Positions 47,839-57,942 of a DNA stretch of 64,000 nt are shown here, in pieces (the stretch's first letter is position 1; every line of letters starts with the position of its first letter). The position numbers and the translations under genes were made by a program. The stretch comes from Dehalococcoidia bacterium. GTDB taxonomy: Bacteria > Chloroflexota > Dehalococcoidia > UBA2979. The stretch lies in the NCBI GenBank assembly GCA_963667465.2, contig CAXXDN010000002.1, positions 192,001 to 256,000 on the forward strand. The letters are read 5' to 3'. The notes under the pieces were generated by a model that had not been told where the DNA came from, did not search any database, and saw only the letters and a list, made by a program, of their open reading frames with translations.

Positions 47839-49098
47839 TCAGGCGACCACGCCGCTCTGACGCAGCCTCTCGATCTCCTCCGCTCCGACCCCGTGCTCCT
47901 GCAGGATCTCCTCCGTGTGCCGCCCAAAGGCCGGTGATCCGGAGGCGATCGAGGTCGGTGAGCGCGAGAGATCGACAATCGGCGCGGCATGGCGCTGGGC
48001 GCCGAGTTGCTCGTGCTCGACGTCCATGAAGTGCGTCGCGCCCTGCGGATCGTCAGCGAGATCCTCGGGGAAGAGCACCGGCGCGGCGGGCACGCCCGCC
48101 TCGGCGAAACGCTGTAGCCAGCGCTCGCGAGTGTCGCCGAGGAGCACCGCCACGACCTTGCTCCGGACCTCCGCCATGCGGATGCGCTGCTCCACCGGGT
48201 CGCCGCCCTCTTCGTCCTCGGGGCTCTCGTCGATGCCGAGGACGCCCTGAGCGGCGGCGCGCGTAGCGGGAGTAAGCGCTCCGATCGCCAACGCGCCGTC
48301 CCGCACGCGGTAGCCGCCGTGGAACGGTCCCCCCAGCGTGTCGTGGTAGCGCATGCGCGCCGCCAGCAGCTCGCGGTACGGGGCGCCCCGGGCTCGCAGC
48401 TCGGCGACCTCGGCCATCAGCGGGTCGCGCACGGCCGCGTCTGTGACCGGTTCGCGCATGTTGAACATGCCGGTCTGGGAGAGTACCGAGCGCAGCAGCG
48501 AGGCGGAGACGATCTGCCCCTCGCCCGTACGCTCGCGGTGCAGCAGCGCGGCGCAGACGCCCATCGCCAGCGCGGTGCCGGTCGAGAGGTCCGCCATCGT
48601 CACGCCGGTGCGCATCGGCGCGCCCTCGTCGTCGGTCTTTTCGCTCATCACCATGGCGCCGCCGTGGGCCTCGGCGACGATGTTGCTGCCGGGCAGGTCG
48701 GCCAGCGGTCCGGCGGCGCCGAAGCCGCTCACCTCCGCGTAGATCAGGTCCGGCCGCAGCGCGGACAGCGTCTCGTAGCCGAAGCCCAGCCGCTCCGGCA
48801 CGCCCGGGCGGTAGTTGTGCAGCACCACGTCGAAGCCGGGCACGATGCGGTGCAGCAGCGCGCGCCCCTCGACGGCTGCGAGGTCGATGACGAGGCTGCG
48901 CTTGCCGCGGTTCAGGTACTGGAAGACCTTGCTCTGCCCCGGGGCGACCGCGCCGGTGGTCCGGAACGGGTCGCCGTTTGGCCCCTCCACCTTTACGACG
49001 TCCGCGCCGAGGTCGGAGAGGTGCATGCCGGCGTACGGACCGGCGTAGATGATCGAGAGGTCGAGCACGCGAGTCTCGCTGAGCGGCCCGTCCGCCAT
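47839..49098 (-). CDS. Family III CoA-transferase
   Basis: Motifs RVLDLS..AGP, DLGADVVKVE, NRGKRS, NYRPG, MADLSTG. Confidence 0.92.
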   Translation of the reverse strand: MADGPLSETRVLDLSIIYAGPYAGMHLSDLGADVVKVEGPNGDPFRTTGAVAPGQSKVFQYLNRGKRSLVIDLAAVEGRALLHRIVPGFDVVLHNYRPGVPERLGFGYETLSALRPDLIYAEVSGFGAAGPLADLPGSNIVAEAHGGAMVMSEKTDDEGAPMRTGVTMADLSTGTALAMGVCAALLHRERTGEGQIVSASLLRSVLSQTGMFNMREPVTDAAVRDPLMAEVAELRARGAPYRELLAARMRYHDTLGGPFHGGYRVRDGALAIGALTPATRAAAQGVLGIDESPEDEEGGDPVEQRIRMAEVRSKVVAVLLGDTRERWLQRFAEAGVPAAPVLFPEDLADDPQGATHFMDVEHEQLGAQRHAAPIVDLSRSPTSIASGSPAFGRHTEEILQEHGVGAEEIERLRQSGVVA

Positions 49099-50462
49099 CA
49101 GGCGCCCTCCTCCCGCGGATCGGGCGCGGGCGGAGCCTCCCAGCCGGCGGGGTAGTACTGCCGCAGCGCGGCGGCCCGCAACTCCCCACGGTGGTCCGGG
49201 TGCGCGATGGCGATCAGCTCCTCGGCGCGCTGGCGCTGACTCTTGCCCGCCAGCCGTGCGACTCCGTGCTCCGTCACGACGTAGTCGGCGAAGGAGCGCG
49301 GGATCGTCACGTAGGAGCCGTCCGTCACCTGGGCGGTGATGCGGCTGACTTCACCGCCGCGCGCCGTCGAGGGCAGCACGGTGATCGCCTTGCCCTCGGG
49401 CGCGATGAACGCGCCGATGTGGAACTCGGGCTGCCCTCCGGTGCCGTGGTAGACGGTGGTGCCGAGTGATTCGGCGCAGATCTGGCCGGTCAGGTCCACG
49501 CTGAGCGCGTTGTTGATCGAGGTCATGCGCCGCTGCCGGGCGACGACCTGGATCTGGTTGACCTCGCTCACCGCGCGCGTCTCGAGCGGCCCGTTCTCCA
49601 GCCAGCGCGCCTCCTCGTCGTTCCAGGGGCCGACGCTCGTGGTCACGTGCAGGCCGGGCTCCAGCGACTTGCGGCTGGAGTTGACCGTGCCCTCGATCAT
49701 CAGCTCGAGGACCGCGTGCGGCGTGACCTCCGAGTGCCAGCCGATGTCGCGCTTGCCGTCGAACACGCCGAGGTCGCCGAGGAAGATGGAGGTCCGCCCG
49801 GCGCCGAGCTGCAGCGTGTCGCCGTCTTCGATAATGCCGTTGACGAACCCGGCGATCGTAGGCCCCTCGGGCGGGTAGTCGCGCGCGGGCGGCGGTGGGC
49901 GTTCGGCAGTCTCGGTGAGTACGAAGGCGCTGACCTCGGTTACGTGCAGCCGCTCGGTCGTGCGCACGTTGGGCAGCCAGGGGCAGACCTCGAGGATCGA
50001 GGTCTGCGCGCGGCGGACAAAGTCGCCCTTGTGCCAGGGCACCCCGCCGAAGTGGATGTAGCCCTCGGCGTCGGGCGGGGCGCAGTTGGACATAAAGACG
50101 CCGATCGGCTCGGGCGAGCCGCGGTCGTCGTAGTGGCTGAACTGCGTCGAGAAGAGCTGCGGATAGTAGTCGGCGCGAAGCGACTCGAGTGCAGCGCGCC
50201 CGCCCGGTCCGGCGTAGACCTCGAGGTTGATGTTGAAGCCGAGCGCGGCGAATTCGTCTTTGAACCACTGTTGCTCGGGGGAGGGTGCGCAGGCCCGGAT
50301 CCGGACCTCGCGGTCCAGCTCCGAGATGCGGGCGATCAGCGCCGGCATCACGGCGTAGGCGTCGCCGCCGATGGGCGTATAGAGCGTGTCGCCGCGCTGC
50401 ACCAGCTGCGCGGCCTCGCCGGGTGACAGCAGCCTCGCCTCGTACTCGTCGCGCCAGCTCAA
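49098..50462 (-). CDS. Acetyl-CoA hydrolase / 4-hydroxybutyrate CoA-transferase family
   Basis: Motifs DGDTLQLG, HSE, SINNALSVDLTGQ, GTGGQ, VVTEHGVA.L.GKS, IAHPDHR. Confidence 0.9.
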   Translation of the reverse strand: MSWRDEYEARLLSPGEAAQLVQRGDTLYTPIGGDAYAVMPALIARISELDREVRIRACAPSPEQQWFKDEFAALGFNINLEVYAGPGGRAALESLRADYYPQLFSTQFSHYDDRGSPEPIGVFMSNCAPPDAEGYIHFGGVPWHKGDFVRRAQTSILEVCPWLPNVRTTERLHVTEVSAFVLTETAERPPPPARDYPPEGPTIAGFVNGIIEDGDTLQLGAGRTSIFLGDLGVFDGKRDIGWHSEVTPHAVLELMIEGTVNSSRKSLEPGLHVTTSVGPWNDEEARWLENGPLETRAVSEVNQIQVVARQRRMTSINNALSVDLTGQICAESLGTTVYHGTGGQPEFHIGAFIAPEGKAITVLPSTARGGEVSRITAQVTDGSYVTIPRSFADYVVTEHGVARLAGKSQRQRAEELIAIAHPDHRGELRAAALRQYYPAGWEAPPAPDPREEGA

Positions 50463-50594
50463 ACCGGCCCCCGATCAGCCCAGCCGTAACCGCGCCGCGG
50501 CGCGCGCGGCTTCCGCGCATGGTAGCGCGGCGGCGAGAGCGGACGCGAAACGGCCCCCTCGCGGGGGCCGCTGCGTAGTTCGCCGTGGAGCCGG

Positions 50595-51383
50595 CTACCC
50601 GAGGAAGCTCGTAACGGCGTCCATGAAGGCGTCGACCTGCTCGATCTGCGGCAGGTTGCCGGCCTCCGGGATGGTCACGAGCTGCGAGCCCGGGATCATT
50701 GCGTTGAATGCCTGGCCGTACTCGGGCGGGATCTGCCCGTCCGACTCGCCCCAGACGACCAGCGTCGGCGACTGGATGCGGTGGATGCGCTTCTCCAGGC
50801 CGCGGTCCGGGAACTGCCACAGGAAGCGGCTGCCCGAGGTCTGCGCACGCGTGCGCTGGATCGAGATCTCCGGGTCGCGCGTGGGCGGGTTGTACTCCTG
50901 CGCGACCTCGGACATGTGGTCGTGCCACATCAGGGTCGGCAGGGTGCGCCGCGGGGTGGCGAAGTAGTCCGGGCAGGGAACCTCATCGATCCACAACCCG
51001 TAGGCGTCGATCAGCACCAGCTTCTCGACGCGGTGCGGGCTGAGCGCGGCCAGCTCGGCGGCGAACATGCCGCCCAGCTCGTGGCCGATCAGCGTGACGC
51101 TGTCGAGGCCGAGCGCGTCGAGCAGGTCGTTGTGGTAGATGACGGTGTCGACGGGCTCGTCGATGAGCTCAAGGCCGGTGGACTCCCGGAAGCCCGGGAA
51201 GATCGGGGCGATCACGCGGTAGTGCTCGGCGAGCCGCTCCATGAACGGGAACCAGCCGTACTCGGCCATCATGTTGTGCAGATAGAGCAGGGGCGGGCCT
51301 TCGCCGCCCTCGCGCACTTCGATCTCGAAGGCGCCGTCCCGGACCGAGACGGTCCGCTCAGTGTGGGTCGTGGCTGTCGTCAA
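50595..51383 (-). CDS. Alpha/beta-hydrolase-fold protein lacking the catalytic Ser and His
   Basis: Fold motifs GEGPPLLYLH, PGF..S, PTLVVWGESD. The elbow reads GHELGG and the His site reads AGNLP. Confidence 0.85.
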   Translation of the reverse strand: MTTATTHTERTVSVRDGAFEIEVREGGEGPPLLYLHNMMAEYGWFPFMERLAEHYRVIAPIFPGFRESTGLELIDEPVDTVIYHNDLLDALGLDSVTLIGHELGGMFAAELAALSPHRVEKLVLIDAYGLWIDEVPCPDYFATPRRTLPTLMWHDHMSEVAQEYNPPTRDPEISIQRTRAQTSGSRFLWQFPDRGLEKRIHRIQSPTLVVWGESDGQIPPEYGQAFNAMIPGSQLVTIPEAGNLPQIEQVDAFMDAVTSFLG

Positions 51384-51449
51384 CCTGTACCTCCGTGCTG
51401 AACCGCCCGCCGGTCCCTCCGGCGGGCGGTTGTGTGCGATTCGTCTTGG

Positions 51450-52724
51450 CTATCCGCCGACCGGGGCCGGCGAGACGCGCTGGGCGAGCGGCCGGGGCGA
51501 CCAGCGGTCTTCCCAGTCCTCGTCGTCCCAGACGTCGTGGATCTGCGGGAGCACCTCTTCGCCGAACATCTTGATGTTCTTCATCGTGGTCTCGCGGCGC
51601 ATGTTCCCGATCTGGAGCAGCGGCAGCAGGTGGCCGATGCGCAGGCTCTTCGAGATCTCGCGCAGCTTCTCGGCGACCTCGTCCGGGCTACCGGCGACGA
51701 TGTTGCCTTCCTCGACCAGCTGGTCCCAGGACGGGCCGGCGCCCTGGGGCGCCTTGCGACCGGCCTGCGGGGCAGACTCCTGAGCGAGCGCGAGGCTGCG
51801 CTCGAAGCCAGCGCGGATCGAGGCCTCGGTGCGGTAGCCGGGCGCCTCGGGGAAGTAGCGGCCGGTGGAGCCGAGCAGCTTCTGGTAGAAGAACTCGACG
51901 CCCTCCTGGTACTCCGCCTTGGCCTGCTCGTAGGAGTCGGAAACCAGCGTCAGCTGCATGTAGGCGGCGCGGTACGGGGTCTCGTCGGCGCCGTGCTCGC
52001 GGACGCGGCTCCAGTAGCCGTTGAGGGTCTGCTGGGCGCGCTTGTAACCGCCGTAGCTGAGGGCCGCGTAGACGTGGTCCTTCTCGATGGTCCAGTCCCA
52101 GGTCTCGATCGAGCCACCGCCGGGCACCCAGATCGGGGGCCGCGGCTCCTGCGCCGGGCGCGGCCAGATGGAGACGTAGCGCAGCTTCGTGTACTTGCCG
52201 TTGTAGTGGAACGGCTCGCGCGTCTCCATCGCCTTCTTGATCAGGTCCTCGGCCTCGTAGTAGCGCTCGCGGAAGGTCGATGGCGACATGCCGTAGACCC
52301 AGTTCGTGTCCTGCGAGGTGCCCACGGGGAAGCCGCAGACCACGCGCCCGCCCGAGATCACGTCGATCATCGACATTTCCTCGGCGACACGGGTGGGCGG
52401 GTTATAGAGCGCGATCGAGGTGCCCAGCACGATCAGGTTGGCCTTGCTCGTGCGGCGAGCGAGGGAGGCCAGCATGATGCTCGGCGACGGCATCGTCCCG
52501 TACATGTTGGCGTGGTGCTCGTTGACGCAGACGCCGTCCAGGCCGACCTGCTCGGCGTACTCGAGCTCGTCGAGGTACTCGTTGTAGAGCTCGTTCCCGA
52601 TCTCCGGGTTGTAGACCGAGTTCGGGAGGTCCACCCAGATACCCGCGGACTTCCAGTCGGGGCCGTGCGGCGGCTCTTCCGGCATCGCCGAGTACGGCAT
52701 CAGGTGGAACATACTGACCTTCAT
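51450..52724 (-). CDS. LLM class flavin-dependent oxidoreductase
   Basis: Motifs GVCVNEHH, RVAEEMSMIDVISGGR, PRPAQEPRPPIW. Start trimmed to MKVSMFH, which has SD AGGAGG. Confidence 0.92.
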   Translation of the reverse strand: MKVSMFHLMPYSAMPEEPPHGPDWKSAGIWVDLPNSVYNPEIGNELYNEYLDELEYAEQVGLDGVCVNEHHANMYGTMPSPSIMLASLARRTSKANLIVLGTSIALYNPPTRVAEEMSMIDVISGGRVVCGFPVGTSQDTNWVYGMSPSTFRERYYEAEDLIKKAMETREPFHYNGKYTKLRYVSIWPRPAQEPRPPIWVPGGGSIETWDWTIEKDHVYAALSYGGYKRAQQTLNGYWSRVREHGADETPYRAAYMQLTLVSDSYEQAKAEYQEGVEFFYQKLLGSTGRYFPEAPGYRTEASIRAGFERSLALAQESAPQAGRKAPQGAGPSWDQLVEEGNIVAGSPDEVAEKLREISKSLRIGHLLPLLQIGNMRRETTMKNIKMFGEEVLPQIHDVWDDEDWEDRWSPRPLAQRVSPAPVGG

Positions 52725-53030
52725 CAAGACCTCCTTTGGCCTGCTGTGTGGCCTGTTTGATCGGCGGCGTGCTACCGCCCGGCCATCGTCAGGCCGTGGC
52801 GCTGCCTGCGGATTGAGGCACGCCCAACGGTTGATAGCAGAGCGCGCCACTGCGGGCAAACGCGGCTGCCTCCCGATGAGGTCGTCCGAGGCCCTCGATC
52901 CGGCCTCAACGCCCGCCGAAACTCTCCCCTCGGGGGTGCGCCTCGCGGTGCGCCTCGGGGTGCGCCTGCGCTTGCGTTTCGGCGTAGCCTCTTCAGCGAA
53001 CCGGCGGCTGCTCCCGGCAAGGAGGATGCG

Positions 53031-53921
53031 ATGGAACTCGGCGCTTGCTTCCCCACCAACGAGATCGGCTCGGATCCCGCTGCGATCCGCGACTGGGCAC
53101 AGGCCGCCGAGGAGCTCGGCTACAACCTGATCGAGGTCTACGACCACGTGCTCAGCGCCGACCCTTCCGATGCGCCGGACAGGCAGGGCCGGGCAGAGCG
53201 GCGCGGCTACTACACCAGCACCACCGACTGGCACGAGCCGATGGTGCTGATGGGCTACCTGGCGGCGGTCACCACCCGCCCGCGTTTCCTCACCGGCATC
53301 CTCGTGCTGCCGCAGCGCCAGACCGCGCTCGTCGCCAAGCAGGCTGCCGAGGTCGACATCCTCTCCGGCGGCCGCCTGCTGCTCGGCATCGGCACCGGCT
53401 GGTCCGATGTCGAGTACCGCGGGCTCGGCCTCAGTGACGAGTTCCGTGCGCGCGGGCGTCGCTCGGAGGAGCAGATCGAGCTCATGCGGCGGCTCTGGAC
53501 GGAGCCGCTGCTGAGCTTCGAGGGCGAGTTCGACTCGGTCCCGGAGTCCGCGATCGCCCCGCGCCCGGCGCGCTCGATCCCGGTCTGGATCGGGGGCCAC
53601 GCGCCCGCCGTGCTCGACCGCGTCGGGCGCATCGCGGACGGCTGGGTCGTCGGCTGGGCGCGCGCGGACTACCTCCCGGGCGCCATCGAGCAGGTCCACG
53701 AGGCCGCCCGCGCCGCCGGCCGCGACCCGGCGGAGATCGGCATCGAAACCCGCGCCCGCGTCGCGCGCTGGAGTCCGGAGGAGCAGGTGCAACACGCGCG
53801 GCGCTGCGAGGAGGCGGGCGCGACGCACTTCTCGCTGCACACCCTCGAGGGCGGCCTCACGACCGTGCAGCAGCACATCGACGCACTGCGCGACTTCCGC
53901 GAGGCGTTCGGCGAGGAGTAG
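53031..53921 (+). CDS. LLM class probable F420-dependent oxidoreductase
   Basis: Motifs YDHVL, HEP, GILVLPQRQTALVAKQAAEVD.LSGGR, GTGW. Confidence 0.88.
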   Translation: MELGACFPTNEIGSDPAAIRDWAQAAEELGYNLIEVYDHVLSADPSDAPDRQGRAERRGYYTSTTDWHEPMVLMGYLAAVTTRPRFLTGILVLPQRQTALVAKQAAEVDILSGGRLLLGIGTGWSDVEYRGLGLSDEFRARGRRSEEQIELMRRLWTEPLLSFEGEFDSVPESAIAPRPARSIPVWIGGHAPAVLDRVGRIADGWVVGWARADYLPGAIEQVHEAARAAGRDPAEIGIETRARVARWSPEEQVQHARRCEEAGATHFSLHTLEGGLTTVQQHIDALRDFREAFGEE

Positions 53922-53956
53922 CTCCGCGCCGCCTCAGCGGCGGCTGAACCGGCGAG

Positions 53957-54766
53957 TCAGCGCCCGGTGAACTTCGGCTCGCGGCGCTCCTTGAAGGCGG
54001 TGATGCCCTCCTGGTGGTCGGCGCTCACGTTCGAGATGCCCTCGAGGGCGAGCGAGAGGTCGAGGTTCGTGTTGGCAATCGCGCGGAGGGGCTGGTTGAT
54101 CGAGGCCTTCGTACCCTGGATCGCCACCGTCGGCCCGTTTGCCAGCCGCGCGACGAAGCCGTCAACCAGCTCGTCCAGTTCGTCGGCGGGGACGGCGCGG
54201 TTGATCAGGCCCAGCTCCGCCGCGCGTGTCGTCTCGATCAGCTCGCCTGTGTAGAGGAACTCGCGCGCCCGCGCGTAGCCAATCAGCGAGGGCCAGAGCG
54301 TACTCCCCCCATCCCCGGCGACGAGGCCGACGCTGACGTGCGGGTCGCCGATCACGGCCCCCTCCACCGCGAACGTGATGTCGCAGGCAAGCGCGATCGT
54401 CGCGCCGAGGCCGACCGCGGGGCCGTTGATGCGTGCGATCACCGGCTGCCGCGCCTCGAGGATGGAGAGGACGATGTGCTTGCCCTCGAGGCTGGTGCGG
54501 TTCCAGACCGAGGGATCGTCGATCATGTCCTGGAGCCAGGCCATGTCGCCGCCGGCGGAGAACGCTCGGCCCGCTCCGGTCAGCACCACGACGTCCGTGC
54601 CGTCATCCATGGCGATCTCCGGGAAGAGGCGCGCCAGCTCCTCGTGCATCTGCGCGTTGAAGGCGTTGAGCGCCTCCGGGCGGTTCATGGTCAGCCGCAG
54701 CACGCGTTCCTGCCGCTCGATCTCGATCGTCTCGTAGCCCTTGTACTCCACGCTGCGGTACTCCAC
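53957..54766 (-). CDS. Enoyl-CoA hydratase/isomerase (crotonase) family
   Basis: Motifs GRAFSAGGD, NGPAVGLG, DPHVSVGLVAGDGG. Confidence 0.92.
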   Translation of the reverse strand: MEYRSVEYKGYETIEIERQERVLRLTMNRPEALNAFNAQMHEELARLFPEIAMDDGTDVVVLTGAGRAFSAGGDMAWLQDMIDDPSVWNRTSLEGKHIVLSILEARQPVIARINGPAVGLGATIALACDITFAVEGAVIGDPHVSVGLVAGDGGSTLWPSLIGYARAREFLYTGELIETTRAAELGLINRAVPADELDELVDGFVARLANGPTVAIQGTKASINQPLRAIANTNLDLSLALEGISNVSADHQEGITAFKERREPKFTGR

Positions 54767-54828
54767 GCTGCGCCTCCGTCCCTCGTATCGCCCGTCCCGG
54801 GTATCGCCGCCGTCGCTGCGCGTGCGCG

Positions 54829-55622
54829 CTACTCGCCCGTGAAGACGCCGTCGCGCTTCTCCGCCCAGGCGCTGGTCGCCTCGCGGTGGTCGGCCATCTT
54901 CGCGGAGTAGTGCTCGTACGCGAGTCCGAGGTCGAAGACCGATGAGATCCTGTCACGCATCAGCGTGTTGACCGTCAGCTCGTCGCCTTGACGGCGTAGG
55001 GCGGCATCGCTGCCAGCCGCTGCGCCAGCTCCAGCGAGCGCGCCTCCAGCTCCTCTTCCGGCACGAGGTGGTTGACAAGGCCGAGCCGTTCGAGATCCTC
55101 GCCCTCGATGAGGTCGCCGAGCATCAGCAGCTCCTTGGCCTTGTTGATGCCGACGAGGAGCGGCCAGATCAGCGCGCCACCGTCCCCGGCGACGAGGCCG
55201 ATGTTGACGTGCCGGTCGCCGATCCGTGCCCGCGGCGAGGCGACGACGACATCGCACATCAGCGCGAGGGTGGCGCCGAGGCCGATTGCCGGACCGTTGA
55301 CCGCGGCCACGATCGGCTTCTCGAGGTCGAGGTGCGCGCGCAGGATCTCGCCGGTCCGCACCTGGGCGAACCTGGCGCGCGTGTTACTGCCGCCCTGCTC
55401 GTTCATGCGCTGCACGTCGCCGCCGGCGCAGAAGGCGCGGCCCGCGCCGGTGAGCAGGACGGCGCGCGACTCGTCGTCGTCGTCCAGCTCGTAGAAGGCG
55501 CGGATCAGCTCGCGCCGCAGCGGCGGGTGGACCGCGTTGAGGCGCTCCGGCCGGTTCAGCGTCATCACCAGCACGTGGCCCTCGCGGCGGAATTCGATGT
55601 GCTCGTAGCTCGACAGGTCCAT
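54829..55622 (-). pseudogene. Crotonase-family gene with a 1-nt deletion near the 3' end (or a sequencing error)
   Basis: Frame 1 ends AVKATS*. The conserved tail LTVN...ADHREATSAWAEKRDGVFTGE is in another frame. ACG-AG-CTG near 54980 would read ACG AAG CTG with one more A. Confidence 0.75.
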
Positions 55623-55891
55623 GTCGCCCCTCCCGTGGATCGCGTACCGGGGATGATACGCGCCGCCCTCGATAGACTCGCGGGGGAGGGCGTGCGAGCT
55701 ACCGCTTCATGGGCTTGCACCCGCGCTTCCTCGCGGCCGGGTTCGAGGAGATCGGCAGGGTCGGAACGCGCCGGCATGCGATGCGGCGCTGGTTGCGCCC
55801 GGGCGGCGAGCGTGGACATTCGGCGGGGGGTTGACGTACCTTCGGCCCCGCCTGAACAAGGATGCACGAGCAGAACAAATTGGGGGTGACC

Positions 55892-56662
55892 GTGTCGGTC
55901 CTGAACTTCAACGTCGAGAACCACATCGCACACATCGAGATGAACCGCCCCGAGGTCATGAACGCGCTCAACTTCGAGCTGAACCAGGCGCTCGCAGACG
56001 CCTGGCAGGAGGTCCAGGAGAACGACGACATCTGGGTCGCGATCCTCAGCGCGCACCCGGACAGCCGCGCCTTCTCCGCGGGGATGGACCTTAAGGAGCG
56101 GGCGGAGATGAACGCCCAGGGCATCGACTGGCGCAAGATGCGCGTCACCGGCAACAACAGCCCGGAGGAGGTCTGGAAGCCAGTCATCGCGGCGATCCAC
56201 GGCTACTGCCTGGCCGGCGGCTGGATGATGGCGCAACGCTCCGACTTCCGGATCTGCGCGGACGACGCCATCCTCGGTATCCGCGAGGTGAAGCGCGGGC
56301 TGATGCCGCACTGGGTTGCGGACCTGCCGCGCATCATCGGCCTCGGCAACGCCCTCGAGGTGGTGCTGATGGGCGAGTACATCACGCCCGAGCGCGCCAA
56401 GGAGATGGGCTTCATCAACTCGATCGTCCCGAAGGACGAGGTGCTGGACGAGGCCTTCCGCTGGGCCAACATCCTGACCGAGAACGCGCCGCTCTCCGTG
56501 CGCTGCCTCAAGGAGATCCTCTACCGCACCCACGTGCTGCCGCACGACGAGGCGATGGTCATGGCGAAGCACCTGCTGCACCGCGTCGAGACCAGCGAGG
56601 ACATCTCCGAGGGTCCGCGCGCCTTCGCCGAGAAGCGCCAGCCGGAGTGGAAGGGCCGCTAA
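55892..56662 (+). CDS. Enoyl-CoA hydratase/isomerase family
   Basis: Motifs AFSAGMDLKE, KPVIAAIHGYCLAGG, REVKRG, EGPRAFAEKR. Alternative start at 55862. Confidence 0.92.
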   Translation: MSVLNFNVENHIAHIEMNRPEVMNALNFELNQALADAWQEVQENDDIWVAILSAHPDSRAFSAGMDLKERAEMNAQGIDWRKMRVTGNNSPEEVWKPVIAAIHGYCLAGGWMMAQRSDFRICADDAILGIREVKRGLMPHWVADLPRIIGLGNALEVVLMGEYITPERAKEMGFINSIVPKDEVLDEAFRWANILTENAPLSVRCLKEILYRTHVLPHDEAMVMAKHLLHRVETSEDISEGPRAFAEKRQPEWKGR

Positions 56663-56691
56663 CGCCGTTCCCTCCGCCGCACACACGCACG

Positions 56692-56718
56692 GAAGAGCCG
56701 CCCGCGAGGGCGGCTCTC
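56692..56718. terminator. GC hairpin between convergent genes
   Basis: GAGCCGCCC-GCGA-GGGCGGCTC. Confidence 0.55.
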
Positions 56719-56775
56719 CTGTGTCCGGGAAGGGCGTTTGTGTCCGGGAGGGGCGTTGCCCGCGTGGGCCCGGCG

Positions 56776-57882
56776 CTACTCGTCCCCGTACGCGCCGAGC
56801 CGCTCGAGGGCGTCGCGCGCCTGGTCGGCGATGTCGAAGACGACCTGGCGGGCGGGCTTCACTTCTTCGATGAAGGTCAGGCCCTGGCCGGCGGTGACGT
56901 GCAACCAGTCGTTGAGCTGGTGGTCCTCGATCGCCGTCTCGATCTTGCCGACGAGCATGCCCTGCAGCGGCATTGGCAGGATCTCGGGGGCGTCGTCACG
57001 CTCCCACATCTCCTGGAACCGGGAGCGCATCGCGCGCACGCGCTTGCCGTCGTAGGCGGTCGAGATCCAGGCGTCCTGGCCGCGACCCTCAATCAGCCGC
57101 TGCTTCTTCTTCATCGGCGTGTCGGACTCGTGCGTGGCCTGCCAGATCGTGCCCGTCCAGACGCCGTCCGCACCGAGGGCGAGCGCGGCGGCCATGTGCC
57201 GGCCGTGGGTGACGCCGCCCGCGGCGAGCACCGGCTTGTCGTAGGCCTTCGCCAGCTCGACCACCTCGGGGACGAGCGAGAAGGTGCCCATCCGCCCGGT
57301 GTGCCCGGCGGAGTCCTGGCCCTGCGCGACGATCAGGTCGAGACCCTGCTCCAGCTCGCGCGCCGCCTGGCGGGCAAGGCCGATCAGCCCCCACACCTTG
57401 ATGCCCGCGTTGTGCAGCAGCTCGAGCGCGAAGGCCGGGCTGCCCATGCCGGAGGCGAAGATGGGGATCTGCTCCTCGATCAGCACGTCGAACTTGTCGC
57501 GCGCCTTGCGCAGCAGGTCGACGCGTTTGACGCCCCAGGGACCGGGCGTCTTCGGCTGCGGGATGCCATGCTCGGCCATCACTCCGTCGACGAAGTCCCA
57601 GTGCTCCTGCGGGATCTGCGGCATCAACTCCTCGGGCGTGCCTTCGACGTACGAGGCGGAGAGCAGGAAGTCGATGCCGAACGGCTTGTCGCCGACGCGC
57701 TCGCGGATCCAGCGGATGTCGTTGCGGATCTCCTCGGGCGTCAGTGCGTTCGCGCCGTACATGCCGATGCCGCCGGCGTTGGTTACCGCGGCCACCACGT
57801 CGCGGGTGTGGGCGAAGCCGACGAGGGGAATCTCGCAGCCGTACTCCTCGCAGAGGCGGGTCTGCATCGGGTCGCGCGTCAT
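56776..57882 (-). CDS. Nitronate monooxygenase family flavoprotein (paralog of 33192-34310)
   Basis: Same motifs and colinear with the first copy (TRLCEEYGCE, AQGQDSAGHTG). Confidence 0.88.
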   Translation of the reverse strand: MTRDPMQTRLCEEYGCEIPLVGFAHTRDVVAAVTNAGGIGMYGANALTPEEIRNDIRWIRERVGDKPFGIDFLLSASYVEGTPEELMPQIPQEHWDFVDGVMAEHGIPQPKTPGPWGVKRVDLLRKARDKFDVLIEEQIPIFASGMGSPAFALELLHNAGIKVWGLIGLARQAARELEQGLDLIVAQGQDSAGHTGRMGTFSLVPEVVELAKAYDKPVLAAGGVTHGRHMAAALALGADGVWTGTIWQATHESDTPMKKKQRLIEGRGQDAWISTAYDGKRVRAMRSRFQEMWERDDAPEILPMPLQGMLVGKIETAIEDHQLNDWLHVTAGQGLTFIEEVKPARQVVFDIADQARDALERLGAYGDE

Positions 57883-57942
57883 GGGTGGTGCTCCTTCGGG
57901 TGCGGGTGCGTCTCGAGGGTCTGCATCGTTGCGGCGGGGCGC

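Noticed and set aside
52870-52925. Hammerhead ribozyme (GATGAG...GAAAC)
   Set aside because: The core reads CCGATGA rather than CTGATGA, and the required stems are not evident.
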